The translations under genes were made by a program, and so were the position numbers. Shown here in pieces: positions 37,851 to 45,031 of a DNA stretch of 64,000 nt. Below the pieces are notes generated by a model. The model had not been told where the DNA came from. It was given only the letters and a program-made list of their open reading frames with translations, and did not search any database. Position 1 is the stretch's first letter, and every line of letters starts with the position of its first letter. The stretch is from an uncultured Gammaproteobacteria bacterium (GTDB taxonomy: Bacteria > Patescibacteriota > Microgenomatia > Daviesbacterales > UBA10151): positions 1,362 to 65,361 of the forward strand of contig CAYOSW010000005.1 in assembly GCA_964406775.1 (NCBI GenBank), in the 5' to 3' direction.

Positions 37851-38845
37851 CGGTGAGCCGCCACATTGGCATTATGTTCTTCTAAAGTCTTAGCGTAATA
37901 CGAATTACCCTGAAGGTCGTGATAATAATAGAGATAAGGTGTCTCTGCATCCGCATCGGCAACTGCCTGAAGCGACATCAGTGAAGGATTGGCTATCGGA
38001 CCTGGAGGGAAGCCGTTGTTGGTATATGTATTGTAGGGCGAGACCACAGCCTGATAATCCGAAACAAGTACCGGCTGCCAAAACTTCTCAAGATTTCCGT
38101 TTTTTAACTTTTGAGTATCTTTAGCGTATTGAACTGTTGCATCAGCATCCAGCTTCATCCCCATCTTGAAACGCTTTAAAAGTATCCCGGCAATCTTTGT
38201 ACGGACTTCCTTACTCCTACCTTCTCTTTCAACAATGGACGCTAAAATTACGCCCTGCTCCGGAGTTAAACCGCGCGCTTTAATTTTCTGCTGAAGCTCG
38301 GCTGTATACTTCCGGTCAAAAGTAGCACGGAGAGTTTGAATGATGGTATCGATGCTTGCATCGGGATGAAAAAAATAGGTGTCGGGAAAAAGATATCCTT
38401 CCTCGTCTTTCGCTTTTTGTAAAAATTCCTCGCCGTCTATTTTCATCACCTCACTTAAAGCCCTTGAAACCTGCTCTACTCTCCACCCTTCAATTAAAGT
38501 AACCCTTATGTCCGCAGAACCGCCTTCGAATGTTTCAATAATCTGCGAATTATTCATAGCCGGCGAAACTATAAAATCTCCCGCATTTATACCCGTAAGT
38601 CCTGCATCTTTGGCATTCATTTTAAAATACCAGGCAGACCGGATAACCCCTGCTTTTTCCAGATTGGAAGCTACATCCGAAACCGTTTCCCCCGGATCTA
38701 CAACAAAAGCAATCTCCTTTCCTTTAGGATCAACCGGACCCTGTAAGTAGCCCAAAAACCCTTTGACAGCAAAAAAACCGATAATAATCAAAACAATCAG
38801 AGACAATACTGCCCGGCCTGCGCCGGATTTTCGTTTTCTTTCCAT
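37847..38845 (-). CDS. mltG: endolytic murein transglycosylase MltG (YceG family)
   Basis: 332 aa ORF with an N-terminal TM anchor and YceG motifs (EGYLFPDTYFF, LASIVEREG, SPYNTYTNNGFPPGPIANPS). Confidence 0.88.
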   Translation of the reverse strand: MERKRKSGAGRAVLSLIVLIIIGFFAVKGFLGYLQGPVDPKGKEIAFVVDPGETVSDVASNLEKAGVIRSAWYFKMNAKDAGLTGINAGDFIVSPAMNNSQIIETFEGGSADIRVTLIEGWRVEQVSRALSEVMKIDGEEFLQKAKDEEGYLFPDTYFFHPDASIDTIIQTLRATFDRKYTAELQQKIKARGLTPEQGVILASIVEREGRSKEVRTKIAGILLKRFKMGMKLDADATVQYAKDTQKLKNGNLEKFWQPVLVSDYQAVVSPYNTYTNNGFPPGPIANPSLMSLQAVADADAETPYLYYYHDLQGNSYYAKTLEEHNANVAAHR

Positions 38846-38863
38846 ATAAATTATTATTAACTC

Positions 38864-39259
38864 TTAAGCTACAGAGTCTAAAAAATTTTGCAGAATGATA
38901 ACTGCCGAATAAGCGTCTTCTTTTTTCCGGGACTTCTCACTCATTCCCAGATCAATCATCATATCCTTTGCCGAACTTGAACTTAAAGTTTCATCAACTT
39001 CAATTACCGAAACCTGCTTTTCTCCGAGATCTGTTTTGAGTTTTGCGATAAATTTTTTGACCGCGCTCCTTGACTCCCCGCTTTCGGCCACACCGATAAT
39101 AACCCGGCCGATTTCCTCCTTTTGAATAACGCTTAAGATTTTATTTACGGCATCGGCAAGTCCCGAAATTTCAATAACCTTAAGCGGCGAAGCAATCTGT
39201 CCTTCCGAAAGAGCAAGACCTATTTTCTTCAAACCGTAATCGATCCCGAGATAACGCAT
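38864..39259 (-). CDS. ruvX: Holliday junction resolvase-like protein RuvX/YqgF
   Basis: 131 aa ORF starting MRYLGIDYGLKKIGLALSEG, which is the RNase H-fold YqgF signature. Confidence 0.9.
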   Translation of the reverse strand: MRYLGIDYGLKKIGLALSEGQIASPLKVIEISGLADAVNKILSVIQKEEIGRVIIGVAESGESRSAVKKFIAKLKTDLGEKQVSVIEVDETLSSSSAKDMMIDLGMSEKSRKKEDAYSAVIILQNFLDSVA

Positions 39260-39269
39260 TTAGAAGAAA

Positions 39270-39521
39270 TTATACATTAATTTCCAGTTTTAATACCTGA
39301 ATTTTAGTCTCCCGTTTCCAACTTTTTATTTCCGCTTCCCTTTTTAAGGCCTCGGACTTACTTTCAAGTTCTTCCGAATATATTATTTTTACCGGAGGAT
39401 GGGAGCGGGTATAGCTTCCGCCTTTGCCCCTTTCGTGATCTTTAAATCTCTTTTCCAGGTTATTTGTTAATCCTGTATAAAGACTTTGATCCGAGCATAA
39501 GAGTATATAGACAAACCACAT
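39270..39521 (-). CDS. GIY-YIG nuclease superfamily protein, YhbQ/UPF0213-like
   Basis: 83 aa ORF starting MWFVYILLCSDQSLYTGLTNNLEKRFKDHERGKG. Second YhbQ-like paralog in the window. Confidence 0.8.
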   Translation of the reverse strand: MWFVYILLCSDQSLYTGLTNNLEKRFKDHERGKGGSYTRSHPPVKIIYSEELESKSEALKREAEIKSWKRETKIQVLKLEINV

Positions 39522-39522
39522 A

Positions 39523-40560
39523 TTAACGCAATAATTTTCCTGCGGCAGTATCGACCGACTTTAGGCAATATTCTTTATCTGAATCTGATAATTGACTGCA
39601 AACATTTAACGCCCCGTCTTTATCGTACACCGTTACCACCGCAATCACTCCGTTGATGCAATTTTTACGGTCATCTTCAGTCCCGGTACACAGCAGATCC
39701 GGCTTTATCTCTCCTCTTCGGACCGGCTGGGCAAAAGCAAACCCCAGGCCGTTAAAACATCCGCTCCTCTCTGTCCCATCGGCTATCAATGAGCAGGAGT
39801 GACTCACCTCTTTATACGGCACGCGGCTGTAGTTATATAGAAGCTTGTACCGGTAACACGCAGCGGGAGAGCCGAGACCGGCACAGGGCTCCTCAAACTG
39901 CGGATTTTTATCCGTATTTTCGGTAAAATACTGCATAAATACACCGTTGTCACAGTCAAAAACCTGCTCAGGATCTTTGAAATCATCACAATAAGAAAGC
40001 GCTTTCTTTAAATTATTTTCGGACAATGCGAAAAGCGCGTGACCTATACCGTGAGGACAAATCCCGCTACCGCCTTTTACCGATTTCCCGCTTTTAGAGC
40101 AGACATCCCTAATTATTCCTCCCAGCTGATCAATTGCGATATGCCCGTCCGCTGATGTTCCTTTTTTGCCTATCTCTGCAGTAAACGCCCCGGATATTAC
40201 TCCGTGCAGACAACCATAGGTGCATTTATCCGAGCAAATAAGCATTGCCTGCTCGATATCATTTGTTTTCTGATAAATTACCCGGCCGATGTTATGACCT
40301 TTAATATGGCATTGGGATTCACTGCCGACCGCCTCCAGCATTTTTTCCGGACCCAGCAAATCATAATATTCATCAATAATCTTAACCGGAATCTCCTGCC
40401 TGCCTGCCTTTGAGCTGATTTGCTTAAAAGCGATAAGAGCTTCCTCAGTATCTTTCCCTTTTCCGGGGATTAACTTATTTAAAATAAAAAACACCCCTGC
40501 CAGGCTCAAAAAAACTATCGCAAAAACTAAAACTGCCGGTTTATATCCGATCTTCTTCAC
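39523..40560 (-). CDS. membrane-anchored extracytoplasmic cysteine/histidine-rich protein
   Basis: 345 aa ORF with one N-terminal TM helix followed by about 20 cysteines and several CxxxC/HG patterns (CTYGCLHG, GICPHGIGHA). Confidence 0.45.
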   Translation of the reverse strand: MKKIGYKPAVLVFAIVFLSLAGVFFILNKLIPGKGKDTEEALIAFKQISSKAGRQEIPVKIIDEYYDLLGPEKMLEAVGSESQCHIKGHNIGRVIYQKTNDIEQAMLICSDKCTYGCLHGVISGAFTAEIGKKGTSADGHIAIDQLGGIIRDVCSKSGKSVKGGSGICPHGIGHALFALSENNLKKALSYCDDFKDPEQVFDCDNGVFMQYFTENTDKNPQFEEPCAGLGSPAACYRYKLLYNYSRVPYKEVSHSCSLIADGTERSGCFNGLGFAFAQPVRRGEIKPDLLCTGTEDDRKNCINGVIAVVTVYDKDGALNVCSQLSDSDKEYCLKSVDTAAGKLLR

Positions 40561-40607
40561 AAAGCTATCATAGGGGAAAACTTCGAAGCGATCAAAGAGG
40601 GCTGCAC

Positions 40608-41096
40608 TTACGGAGTATAAGAATTCAAAGGATCAATTTTAGGTACAAGCTCCGTTATCGCCCGGATTGTATCTCTTGGCCTATAAATACTGCCTTCCTC
40701 GGGGAGCTGTAGGCCTTTTCGGGATAAGTTTTGCGTAGTCCAAATCGTATACGCACCTATCTCATTTCCCGCCCTGATTTCCTCCTCCAGATTATCACCA
40801 ACCACTGCACTCCCCTGAGGCTCCACACCCATTCCCACCAAAAGAGCTCCGAAATCCTTCCTCGGTCTGCCTGATCTGAAATCTAAGATCTCCACTGTCG
40901 AGAAAAAACGGGTTAAACCAAAAGCGGCTAATTCATCTTCCCTGGAACTTGCATACCGGGCAATAGTAACTAAAGCCAGTCTGATTTCACGGTCTCTTAA
41001 CTGCTGGAGCACATCAACAACCCCTGGAAAGAGTTGTTTTGTGTCAGGATTGCCTAAAGTTCTGCCGAAATCAAACACCACCGCTTCAATTTTCAT
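40608..41096 (-). CDS. HAD-superfamily hydrolase
   Basis: 162 aa ORF with HAD motif I DFGRT (VVFDFGRTLG) at the N-terminus and a motif IV-like GDN. Confidence 0.7.
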   Translation of the reverse strand: MKIEAVVFDFGRTLGNPDTKQLFPGVVDVLQQLRDREIRLALVTIARYASSREDELAAFGLTRFFSTVEILDFRSGRPRKDFGALLVGMGVEPQGSAVVGDNLEEEIRAGNEIGAYTIWTTQNLSRKGLQLPEEGSIYRPRDTIRAITELVPKIDPLNSYTP

Positions 41097-41228
41097 CGGA
41101 GGATTATACTAAAGAGGATCAATAGAGTCGCAGTTTACGGTTGCGGGGAGTGGAACAGATTAGGAATTGTTTTCTTGCATAGTATAATTTGCCGTTAGTA
41201 ATCATTAATATATTCGGATAATAATTAG

Positions 41229-42215
41229 ATGAAAGAACCTGGATCTGGTAAGCAAATTAATTTTTTAGATGGCTATCAACTAGTATCAGTTAGAAGTGGA
41301 TACAATAACGAAATTGGTATTTGGGAACAACCAGAAAAACCACGAATTGTTACCCGGAAGCTCAGAGAAATGGGTTCTGAATATGCTGATTTATCTGTAC
41401 TATCCCCCTCTTTAAGTCCCGATAAGCTAGAGAAAGAATTCGTATTACTCAGATTCCTTGAAGGTCGACACCTGCCGATAGCAAGGTGTCTCTATCATGA
41501 GCCGTCCATATCAGTATATGAGTGGGCCGCTGGGAAAGAACTTGATTTTGAAGAGTTTAAACAACACCCTATCAAACAAAGGGTAACAATGGGAACTAAC
41601 TTGGGCGGATTTTTAGGAAAATTTCATAACTCACAGAAAAGTAGCGAAGGCCAGAAATTGATCAATCAGGTTCCGGGTCAATTTGGCCATACTACTCTTA
41701 GAGAAAAACATCTGTGGAGGCTTGATTCAAGTATTAGGTATTTAGAACAACAAGGGGCAATCGATGGAGATACGGCAAAAAGAGTTAGGACCCTAGGAAC
41801 AAGTCGGATCAATCAAGTTCCAGAAACTTCATTTAGAGTTATCCATGGAGATTTATATTCACGAAACATATTTATAGATCCTAATAATTTCGACATTACT
41901 GCTGTTATAGACTGGATTGATGCATCAGAGGTAGATGATCCTTACGCAGATTTACTCTTAACGGCAAGGTGGTATGGTTTTAATGATGATTTAACAGATC
42001 TTGATCTCCAATCGAATAGAGATTCTTTCTATAGTGTTATTCGAGGATATGAAGACCTAACCCACACTAAGGTAGAACAGGATCCACTAGAATTGTTTAA
42101 AACTTATGATTTATTGTGGCATATGAGGGTTTTGGTTGCGGAACAAGCTAAGAGAAATAATCAAATCGTAAAACAGTTTGGAGCAACACTACATAACCTT
42201 CTAAAACAAATGTAA
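41229..42215 (+). CDS. aminoglycoside/choline-kinase-family phosphotransferase (APH fold)
   Basis: 328 aa ORF with the Brenner motif HGDLYSRNIFID and IDWIDASEVDDPYADL (the D of DFG-equivalent). Markedly AT-richer than its neighbours. Confidence 0.7.
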   Translation: MKEPGSGKQINFLDGYQLVSVRSGYNNEIGIWEQPEKPRIVTRKLREMGSEYADLSVLSPSLSPDKLEKEFVLLRFLEGRHLPIARCLYHEPSISVYEWAAGKELDFEEFKQHPIKQRVTMGTNLGGFLGKFHNSQKSSEGQKLINQVPGQFGHTTLREKHLWRLDSSIRYLEQQGAIDGDTAKRVRTLGTSRINQVPETSFRVIHGDLYSRNIFIDPNNFDITAVIDWIDASEVDDPYADLLLTARWYGFNDDLTDLDLQSNRDSFYSVIRGYEDLTHTKVEQDPLELFKTYDLLWHMRVLVAEQAKRNNQIVKQFGATLHNLLKQM

Positions 42216-42287
42216 TAGTATTTCTCAAAGATCGTTCGTTGAATGCCTAACCTACTATTTTACTGTAATAATTGAAGCTAAAATACT

Positions 42288-42305
42288 TGGTTGCGGGGAA
42301 TGGAT
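42288..42305 (-). repeat. partial direct duplicate of the tRNA-Met 3' end (att-like)
   Basis: ttgcggggaatggat (15 nt exact, 42291-42305) repeats the 3' acceptor/T-arm end of tRNA-Met at 42416-42430, about 110 bp away and in the same orientation. Confidence 0.5.
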
Positions 42306-42370
42306 GAATACGAATTTGCTGCGCAAATTTCCGAACCAAATCAGAGATTTGCTTGAATCCACCGTCCCAG

Positions 42371-42412
42371 AAAAAAAGAAAAATCCCGCAAATGCGGGAT
42401 GGGTTTTCTTTT
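42371..42412. terminator. bidirectional intrinsic terminator
   Basis: aaaaaaagaaaa-atcccgcaaatgcgggat-gggttttctttttg. This is an 8-bp GC stem flanked by an A-tract upstream and a T-tract downstream, so it works on both strands. Serves the APH gene on the plus strand and tRNA-Met on the minus strand. Confidence 0.6.
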
Positions 42413-42414
42413 TG

Positions 42415-42486
42415 TTGCGGGGAATGGATTCGAACCATTGACCTTGAGATTATGAGCCTCACGAGCTACCACTGCTCTACCCCGCG
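42415..42486 (-). tRNA. tRNA-Met (anticodon CAU), initiator-like
   Basis: The reverse complement folds as a cloverleaf CGCGGGG-TA-GAGC-AGTGGTA-GCTC-G-TGAGG-CTCATAA-TCTCA-AGGTC-AATGG-TTCGAAT-CCATT-CCCCGCA-A. It has a C1:A72 mismatch as in initiator tRNA. CCA is not encoded. Confidence 0.85.
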
Positions 42487-42505
42487 AGTGAATTATACTC
42501 CTAAG

Positions 42506-42859
42506 CTAGTGAAGAAACAACCTTAGCCAGCCTTGCCAGTTCGGAATTTTAATTTCAGGGGGTTTAACATCGGGGGTCAGAACCTTATCCACCATTTCCT
42601 GGGGAATAATTACAACTGTTTCGTTCGGAAGCGACATATTTAAGTCGTTCCGGGCAATTTCCTCTACGGAATCATAGCTTTCAGCCTGGGCCAGCTCTTT
42701 TTTTAGCTGTTTATTGTCCCTTTCAAGGCTTCCGACATCCTCCAGTAACTGGTTCAAACGTTTGTCACTGCCCAAAGCAAACGAGATCTGCTTGACCAAT
42801 CCGATCAAGATGACAATAGCCACAATAATAATAACTATGACAGACAATTTTTTATACAT
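42506..42859 (-). CDS. FtsB/DivIC-like septum formation initiator
   Basis: 117 aa ORF with an N-terminal TM helix, a coiled coil (LLEDVGSLERDNKQLKKELAQAE) and an ARNDLNM motif as seen in FtsB/DivIC. Confidence 0.6.
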   Translation of the reverse strand: MYKKLSVIVIIIVAIVILIGLVKQISFALGSDKRLNQLLEDVGSLERDNKQLKKELAQAESYDSVEEIARNDLNMSLPNETVVIIPQEMVDKVLTPDVKPPEIKIPNWQGWLRLFLH

Positions 42860-43017
42860 TTGGATTACTATTGCGTTATGAACTCATCATTTAATGCGTA
42901 TTTCCCAAAACCTGCTTTCAGATCAAAAAAATCCCTTTTCACCGCTTCAATTTAATCCTATAATTATTATTCATTACTTGACATTCGGTTTGCTAAATTA
43001 TAATATTATGGGACATT

Positions 43018-43887
43018 ATGATTAGCCTTAAAGACGCACATCAGCAGTTCGTTGGCCATTTAAAGGGCAGAAACCGGGCTGCAGCTACAATTCTAGCTTA
43101 CGGTAAAGACATTGAGCAACTCATTAACTTTTTAGTTTCAAACGGAAGAGAGATGTCTGAGAGTGTTTTGACCGAAGATTTAAAGCTTTTTATGGATAAA
43201 TTGAGCAAGGAAAACTACACTCCTAAATCAATTTCCAGAAAAACCAATTCGACAAAAACTTTCTTTAAATTCTTAAAAACTTCAAATTTGATCCCGGATG
43301 ATCCGGCCAGATCCTTAGAACACCCTAAATTTGAGAATAAACCGCCGAGAATCTTATCCGAACTTGAATACCGGGCGTTAAGGGACGCTTCCCGCTCCGA
43401 TTTAAGAATGTTTGCGATCATCGAACTTTTCCTGCAAACCGGAATCAGAATCGGAGAACTTGCCAAACTTCAGGTTGGTGATGCGGATCTTGATTCCAGT
43501 TCACCTTCCCTGCACATCCGCCCGGAAGAAGGAACAGTCGAAAGAACCATTCCCTTGAATAAACCTGCAGTTGAATCCATCAGAAAATACTTACAGGTCA
43601 GACCTCAAACAGCAAACCTGGCACTGTTTGTCACCAAAACCGGAAAACCTTTACTTATAAGAAACATCAGAACCGCAATCGACAGATATTTCCGCCTTGC
43701 AGGTATTAAAGAGGCCAAAGTTAATGATTTAAGACACACCTGGATTGCTCATCACTTAAAGGCAGGAACTTCTCTGCTCTTAATTTCTAAATTGGCCGGA
43801 CATAAAAGAGTTTCTACTACCGAAAGATATTTACAATTCATTCAGGGAAAAACTACCGAAGGTAAAATCACCCTCGACGAACTCTAA
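43018..43887 (+). CDS. tyrosine recombinase, XerC/XerD-like
   Basis: 289 aa ORF with the catalytic signature R (GIRIGEL), LRHTWIAHHL (the H-x-x-R box) and TTERY (the Tyr nucleophile). Its size and N-terminal core-binding domain are typical of Xer recombinases. Confidence 0.85.
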   Translation: MISLKDAHQQFVGHLKGRNRAAATILAYGKDIEQLINFLVSNGREMSESVLTEDLKLFMDKLSKENYTPKSISRKTNSTKTFFKFLKTSNLIPDDPARSLEHPKFENKPPRILSELEYRALRDASRSDLRMFAIIELFLQTGIRIGELAKLQVGDADLDSSSPSLHIRPEEGTVERTIPLNKPAVESIRKYLQVRPQTANLALFVTKTGKPLLIRNIRTAIDRYFRLAGIKEAKVNDLRHTWIAHHLKAGTSLLLISKLAGHKRVSTTERYLQFIQGKTTEGKITLDEL

Positions 43888-43899
43888 ACCCACAAACTT

Positions 43900-44403
43900 A
43901 TGTCCAAAGATATAATCAGGCCTCCGATGCCGGAAAGAAGTGTTATTGTACCTGTAGAAAGCTTTGGTATGCTACGAAGAGAAGATTTGACACCAGCTTT
44001 CCACCTCTTTGAATACAGGTTTGCGCAACTTACTAGATATATCATTGGGCGTGACTACAAGGGACCTGCATTACCTGAAGGAGTTCAAGAAGTACACAGC
44101 AGAATCCTGGCAGCAGAGGATTCACTGACTCCTGATGGACAGCTCGTAGGATATGCAAAAGTAGGTTATCAAACTCATAATCCAAATGACAAATATTTAG
44201 GCATTGCTTTCGATGGCAAAAGGGGTGTTTTTGCTCAAGCTGAACCTCGATATACCCATCCTGATTTACCATCCGGAATAGATGCATATCATCCTGGATT
44301 TGAGTATTTAGAAATGAATTACTATCCAACCGGAAGTGAAGTTGATTTAGGTAAATTATTAGGAATCCAAGAGAGATTCCAGTGTTTTGTACCTAATCAA
44401 TGA
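43900..44403 (+). CDS. hypothetical protein
   Basis: 167 aa ORF directly downstream of the recombinase. No motif recognised. Confidence 0.4.
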   Translation: MSKDIIRPPMPERSVIVPVESFGMLRREDLTPAFHLFEYRFAQLTRYIIGRDYKGPALPEGVQEVHSRILAAEDSLTPDGQLVGYAKVGYQTHNPNDKYLGIAFDGKRGVFAQAEPRYTHPDLPSGIDAYHPGFEYLEMNYYPTGSEVDLGKLLGIQERFQCFVPNQ

Positions 44404-44894
44404 TTCAAGGTCATTAAAAGTTTATTGTATTCCTTGCTTATTTCCAGATCTTCAAATCCTAATTTTCTATAAAGGGCAACGGCCGGCTCGTTCTCAGGCG
44501 AAACCGAAAGCCAGAATTTCGGATGAGGGTGTTTTTTATATTCTTCCGAATCTTTAAAATCAGCCATAACCTCTTCCGTAAACGGAAGCGCCAATCCTTT
44601 TCCGCGCGCCTTACCGTACAAACGGATAGCAAATGAGATTCCGTATTCTGAAGGGCTCTCCCGGTTTAAATAAAGATCCAAGTCGTGGAACCAGATTATT
44701 CCCAGCAGATTATCTTCATCATCAACCAGAGTATAGTAACTAAGAATTTCTTTTGAGAATTCGTCGAAGCTTTCCCTATTTTTAAATCTCTTCGGATCGG
44801 ATGTATATTTTAATCCTTCGTCAGTTGCCGCGTAATTTATGAGTTGGGAAATCTGCTTATCGGTAATGCCTTTTTTAATTTTGTAATCTTCCAT
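44397..44894 (-). CDS. GNAT-family N-acetyltransferase
   Basis: 165 aa ORF with an acetyl-CoA-binding motif-A-like segment (RLYGKARGKGLA) and the C-terminal YRKLGF motif typical of GNATs. Confidence 0.6.
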   Translation of the reverse strand: MEDYKIKKGITDKQISQLINYAATDEGLKYTSDPKRFKNRESFDEFSKEILSYYTLVDDEDNLLGIIWFHDLDLYLNRESPSEYGISFAIRLYGKARGKGLALPFTEEVMADFKDSEEYKKHPHPKFWLSVSPENEPAVALYRKLGFEDLEISKEYNKLLMTLNH

Positions 44895-44953
44895 AAGATC
44901 TCCCCTCCATAACTTGTTTTGATATCACGCTTGCCGTAAAATATCAACATTCT

Positions 44954-45028
44954 GCGCGGATAGCTCAGCGGTAGAGCGGTTGTCTTATACACAATTGGTC
45001 CCAGGTTCAAATCCTGGTCCGCGCACCA
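44954..45028 (+). tRNA. tRNA-Ile with anticodon UAU
   Basis: Cloverleaf GCGCGGA-TA-GCTC-AGCGGTA-GAGC-G-GTTGT-CTTATAC-ACAAT-TGGTC-CCAGG-TTCAAAT-CCTGG-TCCGCGC-A-CCA. It has a 7-bp acceptor stem, U33 and A37 flanking anticodon TAT, and an encoded CCA. Confidence 0.8.
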
Positions 45029-45031
45029 AAT

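Noticed and set aside
42247-42462. 71-aa minus-strand ORF overlapping tRNA-Met and the bidirectional terminator.
   Set aside because: It is entirely accounted for by the tRNA gene and terminator hairpin. No coding signal.
43018-43887. Tyrosine recombinase as a phage-type integrase defining a prophage.
   Set aside because: Its size (289 aa) and domain layout match chromosomal XerC/XerD rather than arm-binding phage integrases. No phage structural genes are present. It is kept as Xer-like, with possible mobile-element involvement flagged separately.
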